Translations under genes and position numbers: made by a program
Assembly: GCA_903844845.1 (NCBI GenBank)
Contig: CAIMVG010000008.1
Location: 12,672-76,671 of the forward strand
From: an uncultured Dehalococcoidia bacterium
GTDB lineage: Bacteria > Chloroflexota > Dehalococcoidia > Dehalococcoidales > UBA1222
Length of the DNA stretch: 64,000 nucleotides
Direction: 5' to 3'
Part shown: one piece after another, positions 14,365 to 24,209 of the stretch
How positions within the stretch are numbered: position 1 is the first letter of the stretch
How the letters are laid out: the number at the start of each line of letters is the position of its first letter
Notes under the pieces: model-generated
What the model was told of the DNA's origin: nothing
The model's database searches: none
Seen by the model: only the letters and a program-made list of their open reading frames with translations

Positions 14365-16782
14365 TTAATCGGTCTTAAATTTGCGTATTAAAAGTACCTT
14401 AACCTGGTCGTTGATCAGGAAAGTCACTAACAGTGTATAAGCGAGTATCGTAAACGTAGGCGCAAAGCCCAACGGCGCGAGTTCCAGAACGCCTACGAGT
14501 GATATTAACAGCACCAGCAAGACTTCGGTCAAAACCGTGATGCCGAGCATCCTGCTGGGACGTGACTCCCAGAAATGGCCGCGTTCGCGCACGACCATGA
14601 TAGTAAATATTCCCGCCAGGTTAAGATAAGTGAACCCGAAAGTGTAGATTTTGTCAGCGTTCCCCTTCAAGTGGAACATTGCCAGTGATGCCATCGTTAG
14701 AATAACCCCTTCGATGATCATCAGAACGCCGAGCCATCCGCCAACTCCGAACAATCTCGCGACTTTAAATGAATCGGGCTTCGCAGAAAGCCTCACCTTA
14801 TCGGACGATATCGCCATCGAGCCGAAGTCTCCCAAGAATAACATTATAACCGTGCCGGTTATCGATAGCATGAACGAGCGGGTCAATAGCAGCATTATGA
14901 CGATGTACCCGATGATGTTCGACTTTCGGGCGACCATCATCAATGCCCAGCTGTATATCCGCTGGTAGATAGTTCTGGATATGTTGACCATCGTAATTAT
15001 CCCGCCGAGCCCGTCTGCGGTTAGAATGGCGCTCGCGGAGTCTTTGGCCACGTCTGCAGAGTTCTTAACGGCTATGCCGACTTCCGCCTGACCCAGAGCG
15101 GGAGCGTCATTCACCCCGTCGCCCGTCATACCGACGATGTGCCCCAGGCGCTGGAGAGCCTTGACTATTGTGAACTTATCCTCCGGGTAAATCTGTGCGA
15201 TCCCATGGGTGTCTTCAATCATCAAGTCGACTCTTTTGGCCAGCCCTTCACCTTCCACGACTTTCGGCATCGTTGTGATATTGTCGCCTAATCCTATTTG
15301 GCGCGCGATGTTTTTTGCGATGGGTAGCGCGTCGCCGGTAAGCATTTTAACGGATATCCCGAGTTCCCGAAGCTTATCGAGTGTTTCGCGTGTATCGGGT
15401 CTTATTCTGTCCGCCACCCCCACCAAGCCGACAATCTCAAGACTGGCCCTTTCATCGCCTCTGGCCACTGCAATGACCCGTAGACCATTTTCGGAAAGCG
15501 CTTCAGCCTGTTTGGTGAGTGCTTCCGCATCCTTTTCCGCAACATGGCAGACAACGCACAGACTATCGACCGAACCCTTACCTACGTAGAAGGTTTTGCC
15601 ATTGTTTTCGATTTTGGCTTCGGTCATCCTGTTCTTGGGGTTAAAAGGCACGAATCCGGTTTGAACGTAAGGTTCCAGAGAGACACCGGACTCTTTCGCA
15701 GCTTTAAGAAACGCGATATCGATGGGGTCGTGATTTGCCTCTTTCGAAGATAGTGAGCCGAAGAGTAACACATCGGAATTGGTGAACCCATTCAGTGGGA
15801 CGGTCTCTTCTACAAAAAGCTTGTTCATCGTGACAGTACCGGTCTTGTCTACGCATAGCACGTCCATGGTGGCCGCGTCTTCACTGGCGCTGAGTCTTGT
15901 CACCAGTACACCACGTTTGGCAAGCACGCCTGAACCCAGCGCCATGTTAACGGTAAACATGGTCGGCATGGCTACCGGCACGGACGCTACGAGCAATACC
16001 CCTGCCAGGGGTAACAGCAAAGTCATTTTGAAGCCTGCAAACAGCGCAAATATGAACACTACCAAGATCGATGCAAGCACTATCATGGCTAGCCGACGCG
16101 CAACCCGAGCCGTTATCTCCTCCATGTGGAGTTTTGGTTTGGCCTGTTGAAGCAGCGAGATCGTCTTCCCGAAATATGTCTTGGTTCCGATGGCATGGAC
16201 GACTCCAGTGGCTTCTCCGTTCTTGATGGCTGACCCCGAATAGGCTATCTCACCAACCGATTTCTCCACGTTTATGGATTCACCGGTGAGGGCCGACTGG
16301 TCGAGCCCAAGGAAACCGTCCATTATCTTTATATCCGCCGGCAGGAAGTCACCTATCCTGACGCGGACGACGTCTCCGGGGACGAGTTCTCTGGCCGGGA
16401 CAGTCACCCACTTCCCATCTCTTTTCACGCGGCTTTGGATGCGCAGTTTTTGCTTTAATAGGCCCATTGCTGCTTTTGCTTTACCTTCGCGCCAGAGGGA
16501 CATCCCGGCGTTGAACAATAGAAGCCCCAGAATAACCAGCGCGTCTACATACTTACCGAGTATCAGTGTGACAATTGTTGTGGCCTCGAGCATCCAGGGC
16601 ACAATGCCCCAGAACCGCTTTTTAAGTCTTGAGAGGAAGCTTTCTTTCTTTTCAGGTACCTCGTTGTAACCATGACCGGCAAGTCTCTTTTGGACTTCCT
16701 GAGTTGTTAAACCATTTTCCAGATCCGTATCTTCTAATCCTGTTTGGGTTTCCAAATTATTCAAAAGCTCACTCCCATCCAA
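14365..16782 (-). CDS. P-type cation-transporting ATPase (type III H+/Mg2+-pump-like)
   Basis: TGES, phosphorylation site CVDKTGTVT, and hinge MTGDGVNDAPAL. 805 aa. Confidence 0.9.
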   Translation of the reverse strand: MDGSELLNNLETQTGLEDTDLENGLTTQEVQKRLAGHGYNEVPEKKESFLSRLKKRFWGIVPWMLEATTIVTLILGKYVDALVILGLLLFNAGMSLWREGKAKAAMGLLKQKLRIQSRVKRDGKWVTVPARELVPGDVVRVRIGDFLPADIKIMDGFLGLDQSALTGESINVEKSVGEIAYSGSAIKNGEATGVVHAIGTKTYFGKTISLLQQAKPKLHMEEITARVARRLAMIVLASILVVFIFALFAGFKMTLLLPLAGVLLVASVPVAMPTMFTVNMALGSGVLAKRGVLVTRLSASEDAATMDVLCVDKTGTVTMNKLFVEETVPLNGFTNSDVLLFGSLSSKEANHDPIDIAFLKAAKESGVSLEPYVQTGFVPFNPKNRMTEAKIENNGKTFYVGKGSVDSLCVVCHVAEKDAEALTKQAEALSENGLRVIAVARGDERASLEIVGLVGVADRIRPDTRETLDKLRELGISVKMLTGDALPIAKNIARQIGLGDNITTMPKVVEGEGLAKRVDLMIEDTHGIAQIYPEDKFTIVKALQRLGHIVGMTGDGVNDAPALGQAEVGIAVKNSADVAKDSASAILTADGLGGIITMVNISRTIYQRIYSWALMMVARKSNIIGYIVIMLLLTRSFMLSITGTVIMLFLGDFGSMAISSDKVRLSAKPDSFKVARLFGVGGWLGVLMIIEGVILTMASLAMFHLKGNADKIYTFGFTYLNLAGIFTIMVVRERGHFWESRPSRMLGITVLTEVLLVLLISLVGVLELAPLGFAPTFTILAYTLLVTFLINDQVKVLLIRKFKTD

Positions 16783-16851
16783 CTGTTGTCAAAGCGTAAA
16801 TTATTCATTAGCTACTCAGCAGCTTTATCTGCGGTGCAGCCCCGGCAATAT

Positions 16852-16890
16852 GGCAAGGCAGATTTTGTAATAAATAAAATCTGCCTTGCC
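16852..16890 (-). terminator. Hairpin terminator after the DUF2892 gene
   Basis: GGCAAGGCAGATTTT-loop-AAAATCTGCCTTGCC, a 15-bp stem about 95 nt past the stop at 16985. Confidence 0.5.
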
Positions 16891-16984
16891 CAAGTCCACA
16901 GCTATTTTCTACCTGTCAGTACTGCCGCGTTTAATATTTGCTATTCGGCAGTTTGTATAAAAACCATGCTAGCCGCAGGTGGTG

Positions 16985-17197
16985 TTATTTCTTGGTAGAA
17001 ATATGAAATGGCATGTAAGCCGGACAAACGCCTATTGCTGATGTAATGAGCATTAACGCACTCACCACCCAGAGTACTATTTGCCAGGCTAAAGACGGGA
17101 CCAAGAATGAAACCACCAGTGCTGCAATGCCAACGATAGCTCTTATTACCCGGTCAGTCGTTCCCATATTCTTTTTCATGTTTTGCTCCTTTATCAA
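16985..17197 (-). CDS. DUF2892 (YgaP-like) small membrane protein
   Basis: GTTDRVIRAIVG...two TM helices...CPAYMPF. Confidence 0.7.
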   Translation of the reverse strand: MIKEQNMKKNMGTTDRVIRAIVGIAALVVSFLVPSLAWQIVLWVVSALMLITSAIGVCPAYMPFHISTKK

Positions 17198-17227
17198 TTT
17201 ATTCGAATTTACTAGAGGAAGGTGTTA

Positions 17228-17545
17228 CTAGACCAGGGCTTCAATCTTGGGTTTCAGGGTACTTTCAGGGAGTGCGCCGACAGTCGTGTCTTTCTTAATC
17301 CCGTTCTTGAAGAAGACCATGGTCGGTATGCTCCTTACCCCGTATTTCTGTGACATTGCAGGATTGTCATCGACATTTATTTTGCAGAATTTCACTTTAC
17401 CGCTATATTCGCCTGCCAGCTTTTCGGTTACAGGCGCAAGCATGCGGCAGGGGCCGCACCAGGGCGCCCAGAAGTCGACGACTACGGGAGTAGTTGATTT
17501 TATTACCTCAGTTTCAAAGTTCTGATCGTTGATTTCCAGTACCAT
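17228..17545 (-). CDS. trxA: Thioredoxin
   Basis: WAPWCGPC active site. 105 aa. Confidence 0.9.
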   Translation of the reverse strand: MVLEINDQNFETEVIKSTTPVVVDFWAPWCGPCRMLAPVTEKLAGEYSGKVKFCKINVDDNPAMSQKYGVRSIPTMVFFKNGIKKDTTVGALPESTLKPKIEALV

Positions 17546-17630
17546 TTATTTCTCCTTTAGTTTTAATTTCAATTTCAATAACTGCCGAGTAATACGCTTA
17601 ATAATTTTCAATCAACCATCCGATCACCTT

Positions 17631-17891
17631 TTACGTTTTGGATATTCTTATCGCAAACAAAGGACACGCTCGCAAACACTCTCCACAACCCCTGCAGGTA
17701 AATAATCCAGTTGTAGGTATCTCATACAAGTTATCTTGTTTAATCAGCCTGTAACTGCAAGCCAAACTCGCCTTGCATATGCCGCCTTCGCATTGATCAG
17801 GGTGGCATTTACTATAATCTAATAAAGCCACCTTACCAGGCACTGTCTTTCCCTGGTTTATCCTTCGAGCATTTCGTGCAATAACCTTCAA
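17631..17891 (-). CDS. Small 4Fe-4S ferredoxin-like protein
   Basis: Cys patterns CHPDQCEGGICKASLAC and CRGCGECLRACP. The listed ATG overlaps the fur-family gene by 59 nt. A GTG at 17831, 1 nt after that gene's stop, is an alternative start. Confidence 0.6.
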   Translation of the reverse strand: MKVIARNARRINQGKTVPGKVALLDYSKCHPDQCEGGICKASLACSYRLIKQDNLYEIPTTGLFTCRGCGECLRACPLFAIRISKT

Positions 17892-18276
17892 GGTAAAGCT
17901 CGGCTTTGGTTACAGAAAAGCCTTGTTCTTCTTTCACTTTATCAACAAGTTCGCTCAGCGGGCATTCAAAATCAACCACTTTACCGCAACCTCCGCAAAC
18001 CAGATGCTGGTGCTGTTTAGCATGCTTGATCTCATAGGAGCAACGCGCCTGTCCCAACCTCTTCTCATCTATGAGGCCTAACTTGCTAAAGAGATGAAGG
18101 TTACGATAAACCGTGGCAGTGCTGATGCTATTATCCCTATCATTGGCCAGTGTGAATAATTTCTTGGCATCAAGATGACCATCGGCTTCGCGAATAATTT
18201 GCAGCAACAAATCTCTCTGTCTAGTTTGAGGATGTCCTTGCATTTCGTTTGCTTTGCGAATGATTCTCTTTCTCAT
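17833..18276 (-). CDS. Fur-family (Fur/PerR/Zur) transcriptional regulator
   Basis: Winged-helix N-domain. HQHLVCGGCGKV...CTKC structural zinc site. Confidence 0.85.
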   Translation of the reverse strand: MRKRIIRKANEMQGHPQTRQRDLLLQIIREADGHLDAKKLFTLANDRDNSISTATVYRNLHLFSKLGLIDEKRLGQARCSYEIKHAKQHQHLVCGGCGKVVDFECPLSELVDKVKEEQGFSVTKAELYLEGYCTKCSKDKPGKDSAW

Positions 18277-18282
18277 TTATTT

Positions 18283-18311
18283 ATCATAATACTAATCCCG
18301 TAGTCTGTCAA
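18283..18311 (-). promoter_or_regulatory. Near-consensus promoter giving a leaderless fur-family mRNA
   Basis: Gene strand: TTGACA, 17 nt, TATGAT, AAATAA, ATG. The -10 ends 6 nt before the start codon. The overlapping ATTATGATAAAT resembles half a Fur box. Confidence 0.45.
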
Positions 18312-18568
18312 CAGGAAAAAGCATCCAATAGACTAAGTATGATGGATATAATATTTTAGCTTTAGCTTTAGAATGAAGGTTTATCGGTATCAAGCCCGGA
18401 GTAAACCGAGCGATTGAAAGGGGCAGTTATTTTGTATCATTTTAACCCAAAATAGCAATAGGGGCCTTGTTTAATAGGGCCAATTTATATCCAACCAAAG
18501 AGAACATAGGCCTCTTTATCAAACGTCAGGCTGGCTATCGGAAGCGAAGCCCACCATATTTAGCATCT

Positions 18569-19591
18569 CTATTTGCAGAACGGGCAAATGGGATAATTGC
18601 ACGGCTTGCATCCGAGGCATAGCCCACCATGCCCCAGCGCCACCGTATCCGCCCGGGTGATATTTTCGCCGGCCAGCATGCGCGGCAACAGCGCTTCTAC
18701 AAAAGTAGCCTTGTTCCAGATGGCACAAGCAGGCGCACCCAGTATTGGAATGCCATCCAGGTCGCCCACCAAACACATCGTGCCAGGCATAACAGGGACT
18801 CCGTAGGAAATGATTCTGGCACCGCTCTGCTCCACACCCTCGACGGTTACGTCATCCGGATCAACCGAAAAGCCGCCGCATGCGAAAATCATCTCCGCCC
18901 CTCGTGCCTTCATATCCAGCACAGCATCGGCAATCATCTTCTCATCGTCCGGCACAATAGCGCTGTGTATGATATGCGCACCCAGCGCTTCTACCTTGGC
19001 GCGGATAGCATCAGTAAACTTATCTTCAATCAACCCCTTGTACACCTCGCTGCCGGTGACCACTACGCCAACCTTCTTGAGGATGAATGGCAAGATTTCA
19101 AGCACTTTGCCCTTGCGCCGGCATAGATCTTCAACCCTGACTAATTCACCCTCCGCTATATACAGAGGCACAATCTTGGTGCCAGCCAACAGCGTACCGG
19201 GTTGACAAACCGTATTATTATGCCTTGTGGACAGCGCAATGCCATCGATGGAATTGATTTCGTTAAGTAAGGGAACATTGACCTTAAAAAGACCGCTGAT
19301 TGTGGAGATAAGGTCTATGCGCCCTTCTTTGACGCCCGATTGACTGAACTCAGGCCCGGTAAAAGCCGCCGCCAGCCTTCTTGCCGCATCTTCCTCATGC
19401 ACATCGGTGCCCGTGTCCTCGATAACATAGATATGCTCTTTGCCTATCTTGAGGAATTCAGGGATATCATCCCCTTTGATAACATGCCCTCGGCGGAAAG
19501 CAACTTCCTTGCACTTACCCGGAACGACGCGTGTCATATCGTGCCCAAGCGTCATACCAACCGCTTGTTCTACTCGTATTTTCTGAAACAT
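18569..19591 (-). CDS. Molybdopterin-binding (MoCF_BD, MoaB/MogA/MoeA-like) domain protein with C-terminal Cys cluster
   Basis: VGVVVTGSEV...FACGGFSVDPDD core. C-terminal CLGCKPCNYPICPFC. Confidence 0.7.
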   Translation of the reverse strand: MFQKIRVEQAVGMTLGHDMTRVVPGKCKEVAFRRGHVIKGDDIPEFLKIGKEHIYVIEDTGTDVHEEDAARRLAAAFTGPEFSQSGVKEGRIDLISTISGLFKVNVPLLNEINSIDGIALSTRHNNTVCQPGTLLAGTKIVPLYIAEGELVRVEDLCRRKGKVLEILPFILKKVGVVVTGSEVYKGLIEDKFTDAIRAKVEALGAHIIHSAIVPDDEKMIADAVLDMKARGAEMIFACGGFSVDPDDVTVEGVEQSGARIISYGVPVMPGTMCLVGDLDGIPILGAPACAIWNKATFVEALLPRMLAGENITRADTVALGHGGLCLGCKPCNYPICPFCK

Positions 19592-19719
19592 ATTAAAATC
19601 TCCACCTGCGAAATTCTAAACTTATTTGGAAGCAGGCAGTTATACATCCGGCATCGACGAGGTCAATATGATGCTTCTCGTATTAATTCTGCCTGTTTAC
19701 CGGTCCGAGTGTTCATAGG

Positions 19720-20367
19720 TCAGTCTTTGCTGTAATAGGTCATCAGGGCTTGCGTGCCGGCATCCAGGCTATGTTGCATGGCACGTATATCAAGTACCCC
19801 TCGCATTGGAGCCCCATCGGTGATGGCACCTTTTACTAGATGTGTCATCTCTGCCACAGGGAACTTCACTTTGCTCCAATCTATGCATGGATGCCCGCAG
19901 ATCTCGCTTGCCCTGGCCAATAAAAGGCTGCTTACGTGTGTAAGATGCGAATGTTTTGCCAGGTCACAGGCGAACTGCTGTTCAAAATGCAGGTAGTCGT
20001 CCATGCCTTGTTTTTGATCCCCAGCGAAAATACTAGCAATAAGATTGACGTTAACTGCCGGGGGAATCGTGGCGGTCATATCTTCAGGAGGGTTTTCCCT
20101 GACCCATCGGTAAAGCTGGCTCAGCATGATGAGCGAAAACAGCTGGGTGAGTTGTCTCGCCGCAGAATCGCTGCCTTCTCCCCAGTACGTCCGGACACCA
20201 TCGCAAGTGGAAATCACCGACTCGGCGACAACGCTTCCTGCCATGGATAGCGATTTCAAAAAACGGCGTTCGTCAACATTCTCCGAAAGCTTATCGATTT
20301 TCGCACAGGCTTTCTGCCAGACGTTTTCAAAAAGTTGTCCATTAAGCATTTCATCACCAGGCGCCAT
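19720..20367 (-). CDS. Hypothetical protein (helical, no recognised family)
   Basis: Clean 215-aa ORF in the same-strand cluster between the MoCF-binding gene and the YqeB-like gene. Confidence 0.55.
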   Translation of the reverse strand: MAPGDEMLNGQLFENVWQKACAKIDKLSENVDERRFLKSLSMAGSVVAESVISTCDGVRTYWGEGSDSAARQLTQLFSLIMLSQLYRWVRENPPEDMTATIPPAVNVNLIASIFAGDQKQGMDDYLHFEQQFACDLAKHSHLTHVSSLLLARASEICGHPCIDWSKVKFPVAEMTHLVKGAITDGAPMRGVLDIRAMQHSLDAGTQALMTYYSKD

Positions 20368-20453
20368 GAAAATCTCCTTTTAATTATTACCGAAGTATAC
20401 GAAACTAGGCCCCACCGCCGCAGACACAATTCCCGCCGCTTTTTGATCGCAGG

Positions 20454-21257
20454 TCAAGTCTTGTTGTAATAGGCTAAAATGGCTTCTAATACTCCCCCGG
20501 AGATAGTCCTGCCTTTATCTGAAATTGTGTTGCAATACTCTTTATTCCCCCTCGGATCAACATCGCCGGATTTGAAACCTTTGGTAACGGGGGTGCCGTC
20601 GCGCAATAACCCTCGTATGATGCCTGGTATTGTAGCCTTAACGGGCTGGCCTTCGACGTAAGCTACAACATCGCCGGCTTTGACCATGTCGCCGATTTTT
20701 TTCTCTGCCCTGAATATGCCTTCACAGGGCGAGCGCATTACCCGCTCGGTAGTATACCCGCCGATGTTGCCGGGGTTTCCCGTATCTGCTTCAGCTATGC
20801 CTTCACGCAGCACTCGCCCCAGATTATGGCCGCGGTTGGTTTCAATAACGACATGCGAGTCTTTCCCTGCTTCGAAACCGATGCCCAGTCCAATGACCAA
20901 TCCAGCATCCGTAATACGCGTGCCTAAGTTTTTTTTGGCAATCATCGCATCAATTTCTATATCAGGTTTCAATTCAGTGAGAATATTGTTTTCCGGATCC
21001 ACAATAATTGCGAGATCGCCCGCTTCCCAGGCAATCCTGGCTTCATACGCCGAAGTAACCAGCCTGGCAGTTTTACCTTCAACCGTTTTTTTCCCTTCGT
21101 ATACCGCCTCACAGAAAGCGACGTTACGCCTCACCGCTTGGGGTTGGCCAACTTCAGTCAGAATAACGTTAAAATGGCCTTCCGCCATACGGCAAGCCAC
21201 GGCGCTTGCCAACTCGCCCCCTCCCCGTATCAGTACTGTCAGGTTTTTGACGGTCAT
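20454..21257 (-). CDS. YqeB/EF2563-like protein (family linked to selenium-dependent molybdenum hydroxylases)
   Basis: VLIRGGGELASAVACRM...QPQAVRRNVAFCEAVYEGKKTVEG matches my recollection of this family. Needs HMM confirmation. Confidence 0.6.
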   Translation of the reverse strand: MTVKNLTVLIRGGGELASAVACRMAEGHFNVILTEVGQPQAVRRNVAFCEAVYEGKKTVEGKTARLVTSAYEARIAWEAGDLAIIVDPENNILTELKPDIEIDAMIAKKNLGTRITDAGLVIGLGIGFEAGKDSHVVIETNRGHNLGRVLREGIAEADTGNPGNIGGYTTERVMRSPCEGIFRAEKKIGDMVKAGDVVAYVEGQPVKATIPGIIRGLLRDGTPVTKGFKSGDVDPRGNKEYCNTISDKGRTISGGVLEAILAYYNKT

Positions 21258-21412
21258 TTCGCTCTCCTATCTATTTCGATAAAAAAACTAACGATTATGT
21301 TAAGTTGGTATTTTATGGGTCAGTTGTGATAGAGGTATAACCATGTTTGTTCACCCCCAGGCGTGGATGTGTTCTAACAATGTCAAATTCTCACACCAGC
21401 CATATTATTGCC

Positions 21413-22258
21413 CTATATGGGTAGCGTGAAATGCGATCCAGCCGAGTTCAATAAACAGTGTTCGCCAAACGCCCGTTTCAATCGCTCCGAGGCCGGCAAT
21501 CCGGTGCAATGGGAGACAATAATTCGCTGAACGCCTATTTCCTTTAGCCCGTTAATTGTGCTTTCAATTCGTTCTTCAGCAGCTCGACCGAGGTGCATGC
21601 CTCCGATAACCATCGCAACTTGTTGAATCCCGGTCAATCTGCGGGCATGGAGCAGCGTGTTAACCACACCGCGGTGGGCACAACCAAGGACAACTACGAG
21701 ACCTTCACACGTATCAATCATTAAAGACGTATCATCAAATATTTTATCTTGTTCAAAAAACCCATCGTTTTTGACAAGGAGGTTCTCATCAACATCTTCA
21801 TAAGTTGTCATCAGGGGAATCGTCCCGCTGGTGAAAATACCTGAGGCTATTCCAAACGATTCTCTGTCCAATATGAAGCTTGCGCCGCATTTTTCAAGCT
21901 CTGACCTCGAATATGGCAAGCCGATCGAGCGGCAGTTTTCTTCACCGGGGCGATGCACGTACCTGGGTTTAAATATATCAGGATGGGCGATGATTGTTGT
22001 CGGCCCGGCATCCCTGAGCACATCGAGCAGCCCCCCTGTGTGGTCAGCATGCCCGTGGCTTAACACTATGGCATCCAGTCGTTTAAGCTCGATATTGAGC
22101 AGTTTGGCGTTCTTGGCCACAATATCACTGGCACCCGTGTCGAATAGAATACGTTTCCCATCTGCTTCGATAAGCAGGCTGAGACCCCACTCGGCGTGAA
22201 AACCTTCGCCGGCGATATTATCGCTTAAAGTTGTAATCCGAAGCTGAGAAACCATCAT
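21413..22258 (-). CDS. MBL-fold metallo-hydrolase
   Basis: LSHGHADHTGG motif. Start placed at ATG 22258, 4 nt after the upstream stop (listed ORF extends to 22339). Confidence 0.8.
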   Translation of the reverse strand: MMVSQLRITTLSDNIAGEGFHAEWGLSLLIEADGKRILFDTGASDIVAKNAKLLNIELKRLDAIVLSHGHADHTGGLLDVLRDAGPTTIIAHPDIFKPRYVHRPGEENCRSIGLPYSRSELEKCGASFILDRESFGIASGIFTSGTIPLMTTYEDVDENLLVKNDGFFEQDKIFDDTSLMIDTCEGLVVVLGCAHRGVVNTLLHARRLTGIQQVAMVIGGMHLGRAAEERIESTINGLKEIGVQRIIVSHCTGLPASERLKRAFGEHCLLNSAGSHFTLPI

Positions 22259-22262
22259 TTTG

Positions 22263-22679
22263 TCAATCTGAACGCGGATGTAAATAATCAGCCAGGGCGA
22301 GTTGCAGTGTCCCGACCGCCAGCGAGGCGCAGTGCTCATGGTCTACAGGCAATCCGCCCAGGGCCTGAGAAATGTTCTCAGGAACAATGCCGCGAACCTC
22401 TTCTACTGTTTTACCCCTGGCAATTTCAGTCGCCATGCTTCCGCTGGCTATGCTTGGGCCACAGCCATCTGTATGGAAAGTGACATCTTTTACAATATTC
22501 TGCTCAATCAAAATCCACATGCTCATCATGTCCCCGCAGTAGCCGTCATTGATAGCAAAACCATTGTAGGCTTCAGGGAGTTTCATATTGCGCGGGTTAC
22601 GGGCATGATCTATGAGTATGGCAGAGTACTTGAACCCCTCGGCATTAACAGCACTGCCAGGCAGGGAAGCATCAGTCAT
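22263..22679 (-). CDS. IscU/NifU-like Fe-S cluster scaffold
   Basis: Cluster ligand regions GYCGD, TDGCGP and HCASLA. Confidence 0.85.
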   Translation of the reverse strand: MTDASLPGSAVNAEGFKYSAILIDHARNPRNMKLPEAYNGFAINDGYCGDMMSMWILIEQNIVKDVTFHTDGCGPSIASGSMATEIARGKTVEEVRGIVPENISQALGGLPVDHEHCASLAVGTLQLALADYLHPRSD

Positions 22680-22699
22680 GATTTTCTCTCCATATTACG

Positions 22700-23692
22700 T
22701 TATTTTTCCAAAAGATCTGCAACCAAAGCGAGTTTCTTTACGGCATCAAGTTGACAATCCTCGATATGGCCCGAATCGCAGAGCGCGGCCAGGTTAGGAT
22801 CGATGGGGATCTGTGCCAGTAACGGGGCGCCTGCATCCCGGGCAAGCTCCGCTCCGCGGCTTGGGCCAAAGACTGCAATCTTGCGGTCGATATCGCCCAG
22901 ATAGAGGTAACTCATATTCTCAACTACTCCGAGGATGCGGCTGTGAGCTTGCTGAGCCATGCTTATCGCCTTCCTGACAATCATGGAAGCCAGTTCCTGG
23001 GGTGTGGAAACTATCACAATACCATTGAGCGGAAGAGATTGAATCACAGTGAGAGGCGCATCGGCCGTACCGGGCGGCAGATCTACTATGAGGTAATCCA
23101 GTTTACCCCAGAATACCTCTTCCCAGAATTGTTTGATAGCCTTGCCGATAAGCGGACCGCGCCAAATGACCGCGTCGCCCTCGTTACCCAGCAAGAGGTT
23201 GACGGACATCACTGCGATACCTGAAGCCGACAGCACAGGGAAAAGCCCTTCCGCACAGGCTGAGGGTTTTTGGGTTAGACCAAACATCCTGGGGATGCTG
23301 GGACCGGTGATGTCGGCATCCAGTATGCCAACGCTATAGCCTTTTCGCTTCAAACCGATCGCTATCAATCCGCTCACCAGGGACTTCCCCACTCCGCCTT
23401 TGCCGCTCATCACGGCAACGACGTGACTGATTTCATTGAGTTCGGATGGCCTCCCCGGGACGAAAGTCAACTCAACCTTGTCTATCCCGGGCAGTTTTTT
23501 AAGTTCTTTAACGATCCGGGTTTTCAAAGCGTGTTGCTCGGGTTCGTTCATGGCAACAGCAGCCATTTGAAGTTCGACCCCGCTGTCGCTAAGCCGCACT
23601 GCACGAATCAGATTCAGGCTGCTCACGCAGCGTCCAAACGCGGGCAGGACAATGGCTCCCAATGCCCGGCGCACTTCCCCTTCGCTTGACAT
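22700..23692 (-). CDS. Mrp/NBP35/ApbC-type Fe-S cluster carrier ATPase
   Basis: Deviant Walker A SGKGGVGKS. N-terminal DUF59-like region. Confidence 0.9.
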   Translation of the reverse strand: MSSEGEVRRALGAIVLPAFGRCVSSLNLIRAVRLSDSGVELQMAAVAMNEPEQHALKTRIVKELKKLPGIDKVELTFVPGRPSELNEISHVVAVMSGKGGVGKSLVSGLIAIGLKRKGYSVGILDADITGPSIPRMFGLTQKPSACAEGLFPVLSASGIAVMSVNLLLGNEGDAVIWRGPLIGKAIKQFWEEVFWGKLDYLIVDLPPGTADAPLTVIQSLPLNGIVIVSTPQELASMIVRKAISMAQQAHSRILGVVENMSYLYLGDIDRKIAVFGPSRGAELARDAGAPLLAQIPIDPNLAALCDSGHIEDCQLDAVKKLALVADLLEK

Positions 23693-23711
23693 GCTGCGCT
23701 CTGCTCAGGGA

Positions 23712-24107
23712 TTAATGACAACTACCGTGTTGTTCTGCATGGTGCTCGCCCGCGTGGTCGCAAATTTCGTCTGGGTGTCCGCAGACGTTCTGTCCAATGA
23801 CAAGCGTATGATTTATGTTGGCCAGCACTGCTTTTTCAGGGTCCATTTCGGCGACCCCCAGTACTACGTCTATCCCCTTGCTTTCGAAAGCCATCCTCGG
23901 CCCCATTCCCATGCCACCTGCCAAGACTGTTTTCACACCGAGTTCCGAAAGCAATTGAGGCAGGCTCCCGCAGTTGTGAGCTATGGTGGACACCGTCTTC
24001 TTGCCGGATATTTCCCCGTTTTTGTCGGTATCGATGATCATGAATTCGGTCGACTGCCCGAAGTGTTGTGATAATTTACCGTTGCTGGTAGGAATGGCGT
24101 ATTTCAT
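23712..24107 (-). CDS. NifX/NifB-C-like (Fe-Mo cofactor-binding fold) protein with His-rich tail
   Basis: AIPTSNGKLSQHFGQSTEFMIID...VLAGGMGMG. C-terminal HAGEHHAEQHGSCH. Confidence 0.8.
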   Translation of the reverse strand: MKYAIPTSNGKLSQHFGQSTEFMIIDTDKNGEISGKKTVSTIAHNCGSLPQLLSELGVKTVLAGGMGMGPRMAFESKGIDVVLGVAEMDPEKAVLANINHTLVIGQNVCGHPDEICDHAGEHHAEQHGSCH

Positions 24108-24209
24108 GTTCTCTCTCCTTCTGGATATATTATTTTACTAACGGCCGCTATTCAGCCGGTTAATACTTGAATTTATTGGATGGAAATAAATTTATATCCA
24201 CAATCTGCA

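Noticed and set aside
19592-19719. Possible Moco riboswitch upstream of the MoCF-binding-domain gene.
   Set aside because: Some stems are present (CAGGCAG/CTGCCTG). I could not find the conserved Moco-motif segments I remember, so the call is not supported without a covariance-model search.
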